This document shows positions 26,019 through 36,834 of a DNA stretch of 64,000 nt, piece by piece. The notes beneath the pieces are model-generated. The model was not told the origin of the DNA. It saw only the letters and a program-made list of their open reading frames with translations, and did no database searches. The position numbers and the translations under genes are program-made. Origin of the DNA: an uncultured Thermoleophilaceae bacterium (GTDB taxonomy: Bacteria; Actinomycetota; Thermoleophilia; Solirubrobacterales; Thermoleophilaceae); assembly GCA_963765135.1 (NCBI GenBank), contig CAVXUX010000007.1:292931-356930 (forward strand), given 5' to 3'. Every line of letters begins with the position of its first letter. Within the stretch, counting starts at the first letter, position 1.

Positions 26019-27501
26019 CTACTTGGGCGCCGCCTGGATGCCCTTCTTGATCGAGTCCGGCATCGTGAAGATGTCGTCGGTCTTGCCCTCGTAGACCGGC
26101 AGCTTGTAGCGCTCGGCCACGTGCTCGATGTCGGCCAGGTCGCTCGCGTGAGCCTGCTGGCTGTCGAGCACGTCGCCGCCTCCCAGCGCGCACGGCTGGG
26201 TGACGATCGTCGGCGGGTCGGGCAGCGCGGGTTCCTCGAAGTCAGGCCGATGCCACTCGAAGCTGCGCCCGATGTTGTTGGCGTACTTCATGCGCGTGTT
26301 GAGGTCGCCGAGCCCGAACCGGTACGAGATGAACTTGAGGATCGACTCGTGTCCGTAGAGGCCGTGGTCGACGTTGAACTGGTTGTGGCCCCAGCCGTTG
26401 CGGTCGCGCTCCCACGACCAGCGCTTCTTGGCGCGGCGGGCGAACGGCGAGACCGCGACCGCGGGGACGCGGAAGCCCATCTGGGCGAAGTCGTTGTTGG
26501 GATCGGTGCTGGCGCGATCGTCGGGCACGCGCGGCGGGCGCACGTGGTCGAAGAAGCCGCCCCATTCGTCGTAGATCACGAACAGCGCGCCGCGCTTGTA
26601 GCCCTTGGTCGCGGTGAACGCGCGCACCACGTCGGACATGAACGCCTGGCCGAGGCGCACGTCGCCGAGCGGGTGCTCGTCGGCCGACAGCCCGTCGCCG
26701 CCGCCGCCGTCGCGGAAGGGCGGGTCGACGATCGCGATGTTCGGCAGCGTGCCCGACGAAGCAATCCTCGTAGTAGCGCGAGATCGGGTTGATCCAAGCG
26801 CCCGAGCGCGGCGCCGAACAGCGCGGCGAAGGGGAGGTCGGAGGCGTAGTAGCGCGCGGTCAGGCCCTTGCTGATCGCGCGGTCGAAGATCGTCTCCCAG
26901 TTGTTGCCGCCCGGGGCGACCGTGTTGCTCTTGAGCCCGCCCGACTGGGCCGACCACTTGTAGAAGCGGTTCGGCCAGGTGGAGGCGAGGATCGAGCAGA
27001 AGTAGCGGTCGTAGATCGTGTAGTTGCGCGCCGCCTCGTGGATGAAGCCGAGGTCGCCCTGGTTGAAGTAGGTGAGCGCGAACTCGTCGTTGCCCGAGCC
27101 GGGCGCCAGGAACCCGCCGTTCAGCTGAGCGCGCCCGGACTCCCAGCCGTGGCCGGGGTCGGGGTGACCGCAGCCCTTGTACTGGGTGCCGCCGGTGCCG
27201 AGCGTCGAGAAATGGCGCGTCGGCACCTGCTGGCCGAGCTCGTTCGGGGTAGCTCTGCTGCTGCTTGCCGTCCGCCTGGCGCAGCCACCCGAAGTAGTGG
27301 TCGAACGACCGGTTCTCCATCATCAGGATGACGACGTGGTCGATCGGGATGTTGCGCGGCGACGGGCAGCGGGTTGCCGAACCCGTGCGCCTGAGCCTGC
27401 TCGGCGAGGATCGCGGAGGCCGGTAGCGCTGCCGTGCCGGCGAGCCCGGCCGCCAGGGCCGTGCGCTCCAGGAACTCCCGCCGCGAGAGGTCGCTCTCCA
27501 T
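26019..27501 (-). pseudogene. TAT-exported phosphoesterase (phospholipase C / acid phosphatase family), 3 frame breaks
   Basis: The twin-arginine signal MESDLSRREFLERTALAAG is in frame 27121..27501. IDHVVILMMENRSFDHYFG is in frame 26019..27530. The middle part (GCGHPDPGHGWESG...NRFYKWSAQSGG) is in frame 26576..27226. The C-terminal part (IVDPPFRDGG...VIYDEWGGFFDHV) is back in frame 26019. Confidence 0.72.
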
Positions 27502-27549
27502 CGCGGTCGCGAGCCTATAACGCCCGGCAACCCGCGTGTGGCGGAACCG

Positions 27550-27813
27550 TTAAGAAAGGCGCGAACGGATGCGCGCGGCGCGCGCCTTCTTGCGGGCGCC
27601 GTTGTTGCGGTGCAGGGCGCCGGACTTCACGGCCCTGTCGATCCGCGAGACCAGGCTGCGGTACTCCTCGTCGGCGGTCGATCCGTCGCCCGAGCCGACC
27701 GCGTTCTCGAGGCGCCGGAACCACGTCTTGACCTGCGACGTGCGGCGGCGGTTCTCGAGGCGCTCGCGCTCCGCCCGGTCGATCCGCTTTTCTTGTGAGG
27801 GAATGTTGGCCAT
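27550..27813 (-). CDS. rpsT: 30S ribosomal protein S20
   Basis: 87-aa basic ORF, MANIPSQEKRIDRAERERLENRR...ALHRNNGARKKARAARI, a typical S20. Confidence 0.95.
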   Translation of the reverse strand: MANIPSQEKRIDRAERERLENRRRTSQVKTWFRRLENAVGSGDGSTADEEYRSLVSRIDRAVKSGALHRNNGARKKARAARIRSRLS

Positions 27814-27838
27814 CTCGAAGCGACGACGAGTCTAGCGG

Positions 27839-29441
27839 GTGGCGACCGACGCCCCGGGCCGGCCCGGGCACGCCCGCCACCTCGCGCGCAACACCGCCTT
27901 CTTCTCGTTCGCGACCGGTCTGTCGCGGCTGCTGGGGCTCGCCCGCGAGGTGGTGGCGGCGAAGTACTTCGGCGTGACCGCCGCGATGTCGGCGTTCACG
28001 ATCGCCTTCCAGGTGCCCAACCTGGTGCGAGCGCTGTTCGCCGACTCGGCGCTGCAGGGCGCGTTCGTGCCGGTCTTCACCGAGCTGCTCGAGAAGGGCG
28101 AGCGCAAGGAGGCGTTCCGGGTCGCCTCGAGCCTGTTCTTCCTGATCTGCCTGGTGCTGGGTCTGGTGACCGCGCTGTTCGTGCTGTTCGCCGACCCGAT
28201 CATGAGCTTCTTCGCGCCCGGCTTCGACGACCAGGCGCACCTGCACGACCTGACGATCGCGCTGTCGCGGCTGATGTTCCCGATCGTGATGCTGCTGGCC
28301 CTGTCGGGGCTGGTGGTCGGGATGCTCAACTCGTTCGAGCACTTCGCGGTGCCCGCGCTGGCGCCGGTCGCCTGGAACCTCGTGATCATCGCGGCGCTGG
28401 TGGGCCTCGTCCCGGTGATGCCGGACGGCGACGAGATCTACGCCTACGCGATCGGCATCCTGGCCGGGACGGTGGTGCAGTTCCTGCTGCCGCTGCCGTG
28501 GCTGCGGGGCCGTGGGGGGCACCTGACCTTCCGGCTCGACTGGCGCGACAAGCACGTCCGGCGGGTGCTGCAGCTGATGCTGCCGGTCACGCTCGCGCTC
28601 GGGCTGATCAACCTCAGCCTGCTGATCAACTCGCTGTTCGGCACGCTCGTCTCCGACCAGGCGCCGGCCGCGATCGACAAGGCCTTCCGCATCTACCAGC
28701 TGCCGCAGGGGCTGTTCTCGATCTCGATCGCGACGATCCTGTTCCCGACGCTGTCGCGCTTCGCCGCGCGCGGGGCGCGCGACGACCTGCGCCGCACGAT
28801 GGGCAACGGGCTGCGCCAGATCTGCCTGCTGCTGATCCCGAGCGCGATCGCGATGGCGGTGCTGGCCGAGCCGATCGTGCGGCTGGTCTACCAGCGCGGC
28901 GCCTTCGGCCCGCAAGCCACCGACCTGACCTCCACGGCGTTGGTGTGGTGGTCGATCTCCCTGCCGTTCCAGGGCGTGAGCCTGCTGTTCTCGCGCACGT
29001 TCTTCAGCCTGCAGCGCCCGTGGGCCACCACGGCGCTGGCCGGCCTCAACCTGCTGGTCAACGCCGGGCTCGCGGCGGCGCTGTACGGCCCGTTCGAGAT
29101 CGCGGGGATCGTGATCGGCACGGTGGTCGGGACGGTCACCATGTGCGTGGCGCAGGGGTGGCTGCTGCGCCGCGACCTGGGCGGGATCGAGGGGGCTCGG
29201 ACGCTCGCGGCGGCGCTGCGGATGCTGGCGGCGGCGGCGCTGCTCGGGCGCCGTGTCGTACGGGGTCTGGTACGGGCTGGACTCGGCGCTGGGCCGGTCG
29301 CTCGTGGCGCAGGCCGTGGCCGTGCTGACGGCGCTGAGCGCCGGCGTGGTCGTCTACGCGGGCGCGGTGTGGGCGATGAAGGTGCCGGAGGCGCTGCAGA
29401 TCAAGCGGCTGCTGATGAGTCGCGGGCGCTCCGAGGGGTAA
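27839..29441 (+). pseudogene. murJ: lipid II flippase MurJ/MviN, one frame break near 29245-29255
   Basis: NTAFFSFATGLSRLLGLAREVVAAKYFG, FQVPNLVRALFADSALQGAFVPVF and 14-TM topology are present. The C-terminal helices and stop are in frame 29253..29441 (SYGVWYGLDSALGRSLVAQAVAVL...). Confidence 0.85.
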
Positions 29442-29451
29442 GGGTGGTCCC

Positions 29452-29889
29452 ATGCCCGAGGAGAAGATGGATGTCGAGGAGCAGATCGAGTGCCTCAACC
29501 GAGCGCTGCGGCTGCAGCACCGCTCGGTGCTGCAGTACTCGCTGGTCGCCGGCAGCGTGATCGGCCTGGAGTACCAGGCCCATGCCGACAAGATGCGCGA
29601 GCACTCGCTGTCCGAGCTCGAGGACGCCACGCGGCTGGTCGAGAAGATCGCCGCCCTCGGCGGGGAGCCGAGCACCGACGTGGCGCCGATCAGCTTCTCC
29701 GCCGACCCGGGCGAAGCCCTCGAGCGCCTGATCTCAGACGAGGGCGAGACCCTCGAGGCGCTCCAGGCCGCGATCGAGCCAACGGGGCGCGAGGCGGCCT
29801 CGGAAGCCGTCGAGCACCGCCTGGAGCACATGATCATGCGCAAGCAGGAGCAGGTGGACTACCTGCTGCGGGCGCAGCGGCGACCCTGA
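29452..29889 (+). CDS. ferritin-like four-helix-bundle protein
   Basis: 145-aa acidic helical ORF with paired E/H-containing helices ([31 protein letters not shown]). Assignment is by pattern only. Confidence 0.5.
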   Translation: MPEEKMDVEEQIECLNRALRLQHRSVLQYSLVAGSVIGLEYQAHADKMREHSLSELEDATRLVEKIAALGGEPSTDVAPISFSADPGEALERLISDEGETLEALQAAIEPTGREAASEAVEHRLEHMIMRKQEQVDYLLRAQRRP

Positions 29890-30799
29890 TCGCACGCAGC
29901 TCCGCGGCCAAGCGGGTGTCGTCGTCGAGGTCTCGCCAGGTCACCCTCACCACGCGAATCGACAGTGCGGCCAGCCGGCGATCGCGAGCGCGGTCCGCGT
30001 GGAAGGCCCGGCGGGTGTGGTGGGTCGCGGCGCCGTCGATCTCCACGGCGATGCTTGCGTCCTCCCAGTAGGCGTCTACCTCGTGGCCGGCGATGTTGAC
30101 GTTGAACTGCGGCTGGGGAAGGGAGTGGCTCTCGCACAGCCGCTTGAATCTCCGCTCCGCCTCGCTGCGGAGGAAGCGCGGCTCGGGTTGGTAGGCGGCC
30201 AGGACCCGGCGGAGCTTGTGCCGACCCTTCCGCCCCGGCAGCCGGCGAACCACCGCATCGACGGCTCCCAGGTCGAAAACCCGCTGGACCTCGGCTTCGT
30301 GCACCGCCTTGGCAAGCCGCTCCTCGCTCACGACATCGGCCAGATCCACGAGCGTGCGAGCGATGCTGGTGACCGGGATGCCGCGGACGCTGGAGCGGTC
30401 ATCCGGGTGGATGAGCCGGGAGCGGTGGAGGACGATGCCCGGCTTGGGCTTCCTTCCGTGGGGCACCGTGACCTCGAACTGCGGCGAAGAGGGCAGCAAT
30501 CCCTGGGCTGCGCCGGCCGCGCGGTGGCTCAGCAGAGCGCCGGGCCCACACGCCAGAACGGCCGCGATGCGCCTCGCGTCCGGCGTCAGGGCATCGTGGC
30601 CGACGGCGTAGACGCCCGGGTAGAGCGGCAGCAGGCGCTTGCTCTCCACCCGCCGCCGCACCGCATCCCGCGTGAACCCCAGGGCGGTCAGCTGTGCCCT
30701 CGACACCACCCCGTGCTGTCGTCCTGCAAGCTCGGCAAGCGCCTCGTCGGAGGAGTGATTGCTGCGATTTGCGTCATATGCGCGACGTTCGACGACCAC
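29834..30799 (-). CDS. AbiEi-like N-terminal wHTH + C-terminal DUF559 (Vsr-like endonuclease fold) protein
   Basis: 321-aa ORF. The N-terminus reads [28 protein letters not shown]. The C-terminus [22 protein letters not shown]...[20 protein letters not shown] is the DUF559 signature. Confidence 0.72.
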   Translation of the reverse strand: MVVERRAYDANRSNHSSDEALAELAGRQHGVVSRAQLTALGFTRDAVRRRVESKRLLPLYPGVYAVGHDALTPDARRIAAVLACGPGALLSHRAAGAAQGLLPSSPQFEVTVPHGRKPKPGIVLHRSRLIHPDDRSSVRGIPVTSIARTLVDLADVVSEERLAKAVHEAEVQRVFDLGAVDAVVRRLPGRKGRHKLRRVLAAYQPEPRFLRSEAERRFKRLCESHSLPQPQFNVNIAGHEVDAYWEDASIAVEIDGAATHHTRRAFHADRARDRRLAALSIRVVRVTWRDLDDDTRLAAELRAIRVAAAPAAGSPPAPACA

Positions 30800-30873
30800 A
30801 CTCGGATCCTGGCGCCGCTTGGCGCACTTGGGTGCTGTCGTTCGTTACAAGCTGCGCACGCGCCGGGAAGGAC

Positions 30874-31260
30874 TCAAGCGCCGCGGCCCTCGAACGCCGC
30901 CATGGCGTCGGCCGCCGAGGGGTACACGCGGGCGTAGACGACCAGCCCGCCGACCACGCGCCAGATCCAGCCGGTCGAGCCGGCCACGATGCGGGCCGGG
31001 GACCGGGCGCTCACGCGGCCGGTGACCAGGATCGTGTCGCCCGACTGGCGGAACTCGCCCGGGACGATGCGCAGGTCGTCCCAGATCTCCGCGACGTCGC
31101 GGAAGTACTGCCGCAGGCCGTCGTGGCCGCGGTAGGCGCTGGTGCGCCCGGCGTGGTCGCCGGTGACCGCCCTGAACTCGACGTCCGGGTGCGCGTAGGC
31201 AAGCACGCCTTCCACGTCGCGCTCGGAGAAGGCCTCGAACATCGCCTTCACAACATCCAT
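30874..31260 (-). CDS. SnoaL-like / NTF2-fold protein
   Basis: 128 aa from ATG 31260 ([29 protein letters not shown]...), the typical SnoaL_2 N-terminus. The upstream part of track ORF 30874..31575 is antisense to lepA. Confidence 0.68.
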   Translation of the reverse strand: MDVVKAMFEAFSERDVEGVLAYAHPDVEFRAVTGDHAGRTSAYRGHDGLRQYFRDVAEIWDDLRIVPGEFRQSGDTILVTGRVSARSPARIVAGSTGWIWRVVGGLVVYARVYPSAADAMAAFEGRGA

Positions 31261-31320
31261 GTCAGTGCCTGCCACGAGTCCGTCGTCAGTGTCGCAGGGA
31301 TCGCCATACTCGAAGGCCGC

Positions 31321-33124
31321 ATGGCAGCCCCGGCGGCCAACATCCGCAACTTCTCGATCATCGCCCACATCGACCATGGGAAGTCGACGCTGGCCGATCG
31401 CATCCTCGAGATCACCGGGGCGGTCGATCCGCGCGATCACCGACCGCAGCTGCTCGACTCCATGGACCTCGAGCGCGAGCGCGGCATCACGATCAAGGCC
31501 CAGGCCGTGCGCGTGGAGTACACCGCCAAGGACGGCAAGCTCTACCGCCTCCACCTGATCGACACCCCCGGCCACGTCGACTTCACCTACGAGGTCTCAC
31601 GCTCGCTCGCGGCGTGCGACGGCGCATTGCTGCTGGTGGACGCGAGCCAGGGCGTGGAGGCGCAGACCGTCGCCAACACCTACCTGGCGGTCGACGCCGG
31701 CCTGGAGCTGATCCCGGCCCTCAACAAGATCGACCTGCCCGGCGCCGAGCCGGAGCGCGTGGCCGGCGAGATCCACGAGCTGCTCGGGGAGGACGACGTC
31801 CTGCGGGTCTCGGCGAAGTCGGGCGACGGTGTCACCGACCTGCTCGAGGCGATCGTCGAGCGCATCCCGCCGCCGCAGGGCGATCCGGACGCAGCCCGCC
31901 CGCGCGCTGATCTTCGACTCCGAGTTCGACCCCTACCGCGGCGTCGTCGCCTACCTGCGCGTGGTGGACGGCGCCCTGCACAAGGGCGACCGGCTGTTCG
32001 CCATGCAGACCGGCACCGAGGCCGACGCCGACGAGATCGGGTTCTTCGGCCCGGACATGACCCCGGTCGACACCCTCCACGCCGGCGAGGTCGGCTACCT
32101 GATCACCGGCATCAAGGAGGTCTCGCTGCTGCGCGTGGGCGACACCCTGACCGCGAAGGCGCGCCCCGCCGCGGAGCCGCTGCCCGGCTACCGCGAGGTC
32201 AAGCCGATGGTCTTCTGCGGCCTGTTCCCGGTCGACACCGACCAGTTCCCCGACCTGCGCGACGCGCTCGAGAAGCTGTCGCTCAACGACGCCGCCCTGT
32301 CGTGGGAGCCCGAGACCAGCCACGCGCTCGGCTTCGGCTTTCGCTGCGGCTTCCTCGGCCTGCTCCACCTGGACATCGTGCGCGAGCGGCTCGAGCGCGA
32401 GTACGACCTCGAGCTGCTCGCCACCACGCCCACGGTCGAGTACGAGGTGTCGCTCACCGACGGCACCGAGCGGCTCGTCCACTCGCCGAGCGAGATGCCC
32501 GACCGCTCCACGATCGAGGCGATCCGCGAGCCCTACATCCGGGCCACGATTCTCACGCCCAAGGAGCACGTCGGCGCGGTGATGGAGCTCTGCCAGGAGC
32601 GCCGCGGCACCCACGTCGACATGACCTTCCTCTCGCGCGAGCGCGTGCAGCTGCACTACGACCTGCCGCTGGCCGAGATCGTGCTCGACTTCTTCGACCA
32701 GCTCAAGTCGCGCACCAAGGGCTACGCCTCGCTCGACTACGAGCTGCTCGGGATGCGCGAGTCCGACCTGGTCAAGCTCGACATCATGCTCGCCGGCGAC
32801 AAGGTCGACGCGCTGTCGATGGTCGTGCACCGCGACAAGGCCTACGGCGCCGGCCGGGCGCTCACGGAGCGGCTGCGCAAGCAGATCCCGCGCCAGCAGT
32901 TCGAGGTCGCCATCCAGGCGGCGATCGGCTCGAAGATCATCGCCCGCGAGTCGGTCAAGCCGATGCGCAAGGACGTGATCGCCAAGTGCTACGGCGGCGA
33001 CATCACCCGCAAGCGCAAGCTGCTCGAGAAGCAGAAGGAGGGCAAGAAGCGGATGAAGCAGGTGGGCAGGGTCGAGGTGCCGCAGGAGGCGTTCCTGGCG
33101 GTGCTGGAGCTGTCCGACACGTGA
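31321..33124 (+). pseudogene. lepA: translation elongation factor 4 (LepA), single +1 frame break near 31890
   Basis: G-domain motifs [26 protein letters not shown] and NKIDL are in the frame starting at 31321. After ..[12 protein letters not shown] the protein continues as ..[16 protein letters not shown].. in frame 31829..33124 to the normal C-terminus. Confidence 0.9.
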
Positions 33125-33796
33125 TCGTCCTCGTCCACGCGGGCGTGTGCGACGCGCGCATGTGGGACGGCTTCGACGTGCCCGGGGCGACCCGCCACGA
33201 GCTGCGCGGGTCGGGGAGCACGCCGCTGCCTGCGGCCGGGGAGTACTCGGATGTCGACGACCTCGTCCAGGCACTGCCGGGCCCGGCCGCGCTGGTCGGC
33301 GCCTCCTTCGGCGGATGGGTCTGCCTGCAGGTCGCGGCCGCGCGGCCGGAGCTGGTGTCCGAGCTGGTCCTCCTCGATGCCCCGCTGCCCGACCACCAGT
33401 GGTCGCAGGAGATGGTCGACTTCAACCGCGAGGAGGAGAGCCTGCTCGAGCAGGGCGACCTGCGCGGCGCGGCGATCCTCAACGCCGACTTCTGGCTGGA
33501 GGACCCGGGCCCGCGCGAGCGCGTGATCGAGATGCAGGAGCGATCGTTCGAGCTCCAGCTCGAGTCCGAGGCCGAGTGCGTCGACCCCGAGCAGATCGAC
33601 CTGACAGCGATCACCGCCCGCACGCTGGTCGCGGTCGGCGAGCTCGACAAGCCCGACTTCCACGCGATCGCGAAGCGGCTCGCGCAGCGAGATCGAGGGG
33701 GCGCAGAGCGCGACGATCGCGGGCGCCGGCCACCTCCCGTCGCTGGAGCGGCCGCAGGAGACAGGGCTGCTCGTGCGCGAGTTCCTGCAGCGTTAG
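33121..33796 (+). pseudogene. alpha/beta-fold hydrolase, one frame break near 33690
   Basis: GTG 33121 overlaps the lepA stop (GTGA). [15 protein letters not shown] and the nucleophile elbow GASFGGW are present. The expected C-terminus ..[36 protein letters not shown]-stop (33794..33796) is in a shifted frame. Confidence 0.68.
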
Positions 33797-33820
33797 TGGC
33801 AATTGCCACCGCTCTGCAGG
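33784..33820. promoter_or_regulatory. composite palindrome with perfect TGGCAATTGCCA core, between the lepA operon and the sigma-factor gene (terminator or operator)
   Basis: CCTGCAG-cgtta-GTGGCAATTGCCAC-cgct-CTGCAGG. The outer 7-bp and inner 7-bp arms are both self-complementary. Confidence 0.4.
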
Positions 33821-33860
33821 ATTTAGGTCGGCTTTAAGGCATGGTCGTAGCTTGGCGGCC

Positions 33861-34727
33861 GTGACAACGGAAACCCTGACTCCTCAACCCGCGCCGGACC
33901 CGACAGTCGACTCGCTCCAGCAGTTCCTCGACGGCATCGCGGCGACCCCGCTGCTGACCCGCGAGGAGGAGGTCGAGCTGTCCAAGCGCATCGAGCGCGG
34001 CGACCTCGCCGCCAAGGACCACATGATGCGCGCGAACCTGCGCCTCGTGGTCTCGATCGCCAAGCGCTACCGCAACCAGGGACTGCCGTTCCTCGACCTG
34101 ATCCAGGAGGGGACGATCGGCCTGGTGCGCGCGGTGGAGAAGTTCGACTGGCGCAAGGGGTGGAAGTTCTCGACCTACGCGACCTGGTGGATCCGCCAGG
34201 CGATCTCGCGCGCGATCGCGGACAAGGGCCGGACGATCCGGATCCCGATCCACATCGACAACGTGCTCAAGAAGCTCGACGGCGCGCAGCGCAAGCTCGA
34301 GGCCCAGGGCGACCGCGATCCGACGATCGAGGAGATCGCCGAGCTCGCCGGGGTCGACCCGGTCGAGGCCGACGTGATCATGCGCGCCGCCCAGCAGCTC
34401 GTCTCGCTCGACAAGCCGGTCGGCGACGACGGCGACGCGGCCCAGTTCGGCGACCTGATCCCGGACGAGTCCACGCCCAGCCCGTACGAGGCGGCCGCCG
34501 AGTCGCTCATGCGCCAGCGCCTGGGCGAGGTGCTCGAGCACCTCTCCTACCGCGACCGGCGCATCGTGGAGCTGCGCTACGGAATCGGCGGGGAGCAGCC
34601 GCAGACGCTCGACCAGGTGGCCAAGCTGTTCGGCCTCACGCGCGAGCGCACCCGCCAGATCGAGGACGCCGCGCTGCGCAAGCTCTCCACGCTCGCCGAG
34701 GCGCAGGGCCTGCGCGACGTCGCCTAA
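33861..34727 (+). CDS. RpoD-family (group 1/2) sigma-70 factor lacking a long region 1.1
   Basis: GTG 33861 has TAGCTT 7 nt upstream. Region 2 reads [55 protein letters not shown]. Region 4.2 reads [27 protein letters not shown]. Confidence 0.9.
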   Translation: MTTETLTPQPAPDPTVDSLQQFLDGIAATPLLTREEEVELSKRIERGDLAAKDHMMRANLRLVVSIAKRYRNQGLPFLDLIQEGTIGLVRAVEKFDWRKGWKFSTYATWWIRQAISRAIADKGRTIRIPIHIDNVLKKLDGAQRKLEAQGDRDPTIEEIAELAGVDPVEADVIMRAAQQLVSLDKPVGDDGDAAQFGDLIPDESTPSPYEAAAESLMRQRLGEVLEHLSYRDRRIVELRYGIGGEQPQTLDQVAKLFGLTRERTRQIEDAALRKLSTLAEAQGLRDVA

Positions 34728-34765
34728 CGCAAGCGCCGGCTCGCGGGTGCGCCGGTGCACGCTTC

Positions 34766-34781
34766 TGTGACGCATCTCACA
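34766..34781. promoter_or_regulatory. perfect CRP/FNR-type palindrome TGTGA-N6-TCACA upstream of the adenylate cyclase gene
   Basis: TGTGACGCATCTCACA read directly at 34766..34781, 43 nt before ATG 34825. Confidence 0.5.
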
Positions 34782-34790
34782 GTTCCGTAG

Positions 34791-34808
34791 GTCCCCGCTG
34801 TAGGGGAC
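34791..34808 (+). terminator. short hairpin downstream of the sigma-factor gene
   Basis: GTCCCC-GCTGTA-GGGGAC followed by AATTGG. The stem is short and there is no real U-tract, so the function is uncertain. Confidence 0.3.
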
Positions 34809-34824
34809 AATTGGCTCGATCGTC

Positions 34825-36379
34825 ATGGCCGAGCGAGCCGAACAGGTCGGCCCGGCTGGAGTCGAGCTGTGGCGCCGGACCGTTCGCAGGCTGACGTGGG
34901 CCGCGGTCGGCGGCGAACGGCCTCGGCGCGCTCGTGATGTTCCTGCTGCTCGGCTTCCTCGTCCCGTTCGCGCCCGACGGCGCCGACCGGCGACCTGGTG
35001 CTGAACGGCATCGTCGGCCGCGATCTATCTCCCGGCGGCCCTCGTCGCTCGGCACCGCGATCGCCAGGCGGCGCGGCGCGGCGGTCGAGCGCTGGATCGA
35101 GGCGGGACGGCCGCCGACGCCCGCGCGAGCGCGGGCTCGTGCTCGGCGAGCCGATGCAGACGCGTCTACATCTCGGGCTTCTTCTGGGTGCTCGCCGCGG
35201 TCCTGTTCACCGCGATCAACCTGCCGAGCTCGGGTTGGTCGGCGCTGATCGTGGGCGGCGACGATGCTGCTGGCCGGCGAGACCACGCTGCGCGGTCGCG
35301 CTACCTGCTGTCGGAGCGGCATCGTGCGGCCGATCACCGTGCTCGCGCTTGCCGGCTGGGCGCCGCCGGAGCGCTGCGGCCCCGGCGTCGCCGGGCGGCT
35401 GGCGATGGCGTGGTCGCTCGGCACCGGCATCCCGCTGCTCGGCATCCTCGTGCATCGCCACGGCCGGCCTCGTCGATCCCAACGAGGACCCGGCGCCTGC
35501 TGGCCGCGGCGGTCGCCTTCCTCGCGGGCGTCGGGTTCCTGGTCGGCTCGTTCGCGATCGCGGTCGCGTCGCGCTCGGTCGCCGAGCCGATCGCGGCCGT
35601 GCGCCGGGCGATGGCGCGCGTCGAGGAGGGCGACCTACGACGCCCGCGTGCCCGTGGACGACGGCAGCGAGGTCGGCCTGCTGGAGGCCGGCTTCAACTC
35701 GATGGCGGCGGGCCTGCGCGGAGCGCGAGCGGCTGCGCGACCTGTTCGGCCGCCACGTCGGCCGCGAGGTCGCGGAAGCCGCGCTCGCGCGCGACGGCGA
35801 GGTCGAGCTGGGCGGCGAGCTGCGCGAGGTGGCGGTCGTGTTCGTCGACGTGATCGACTCGACCGGCCTGGCCATGCGCCGCCGGCCGCACGAGGTGGTC
35901 GACCTGCTGAACACGTTCTTCTCGATCGTCGTCGAGGACGATCGAGGAGCACTGCGGGTGGGTCAACAAGTTCGAGGGCGACGCCGCCCTGTGCGTGTTC
36001 GGCGCGCCCAGCGCGCGCCCCGACGCCGCCGGCGACGCGCTGCGGGCGGCCCGCGCGCTCAACGAGCGCCTGGCGGGGACGCTCGACGGCGTGGCGGCCG
36101 GCATCGGCGTCTCGGCCGGCCCGGCGGTGGCCGGCAACATCGGCGCCCAGGAGCGCTTCGAGTACACGGTCATCGGCGACCCGGTCAACGAGGCGGCCCG
36201 GCTGTGCGAGCTCGCCAAGCAGCGTCCCGAGCGCCTGCTCGCCTCCCACGCGGTGCTGCGGCGCGCCGACTGTCGACGAGGCCGCCAACTGGGAGGTGCG
36301 CGACTCGATCGTCCTGCGCGGCCGCGACGAGCCGACCCAGGTGGCGGTACCGCGCCCGCGGTTGACCGCCGTGTCGTAG
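34825..36379 (+). pseudogene. membrane-anchored HAMP + class III adenylate/guanylate cyclase, reading frame broken at least 8 times
   Basis: Pieces are spread over the three frames of track ORFs 34998, 35188 and 35264. These include TM/HAMP (VAEPIAAVRRAMARVEEGDL, SEVGLLEAGFNSMAAGL) and the cyclase core (LFGRHVGREVAEAAL, VAVVFVDVIDSTGLA, VNKFEGDAALCVFGAP, GIGVSAGPAVAGNIGAQERFEYTVIGDPVNEAARLCELAK). The stop is at 36377..36379. Confidence 0.75.
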
Positions 36380-36391
36380 GCTGCCGCGCCG

Positions 36392-36832
36392 ATGCCAGTC
36401 AACGACGCAGCCAAGGGGAAGACCTACCCGCCCGTCGAGTACGAGGTGGGCAAGGAGAAGATCAAGGAGTACGCCTGGGCCGTGGGCGAGGACAACCCGG
36501 TCTACTTCGACCGCGAGCAGGCCAAGGCGGCCGGCTTTCGCGACGTCGTGGCGCCGCCGATGTTCGCCGTCGTCTACTCGTGGGAGGCGCTGGGGGCCGC
36601 GGCCCTCGACCCGGAGGTCGGGATGAACTTCGCGATGCTGGTCCACGGCGGCCAGGAGTTCGTCTGGGGCGAGCCGGTCTGCTCCGGCGACACGATCTCC
36701 ACCGAGATCAGCGTCAAGGACATCTACGAGCGCGGCGGGATGGGCTTCTACGTCTTCGAGTCGGTCTCGCGCAACCAGGACGGCCAGGAGGTCGTGCGCG
36801 GGACCTGGACGAACATCGTGAGGGGGGTCTGA
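36392..36832 (+). CDS. MaoC-N-terminal/FAS1-like hotdog dehydratase subunit (HadA-like)
   Basis: Intact 146-aa ORF with YEVGKEKIKEYAWAVGEDNPVYFD and MLVHGGQEF. TAGGCT lies 9 nt upstream of the ATG. It is paired with the next hotdog gene. Confidence 0.78.
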   Translation: MPVNDAAKGKTYPPVEYEVGKEKIKEYAWAVGEDNPVYFDREQAKAAGFRDVVAPPMFAVVYSWEALGAAALDPEVGMNFAMLVHGGQEFVWGEPVCSGDTISTEISVKDIYERGGMGFYVFESVSRNQDGQEVVRGTWTNIVRGV

Positions 36833-36834
36833 CA

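Noticed and set aside
29439-29451. TAAGGGTGG upstream of the ferritin-like gene, considered as another leaderless -10 box
   Set aside because: The hexamer TAAGGG lacks the terminal T and overlaps the murJ stop. AAGGGTGG 4-5 nt before the ATG is equally well a Shine-Dalgarno sequence for coupled translation after murJ. It was therefore not counted among the leaderless examples.
30694-33837. 1047-aa plus-strand ORF suggesting a giant fusion protein
   Set aside because: It is a concatenation of three things in one open frame: antisense sequence of the DUF559 and SnoaL-like genes, the 5' third of lepA up to its frame break, and out-of-frame lepA plus the in-frame hydrolase. It is not a real protein.
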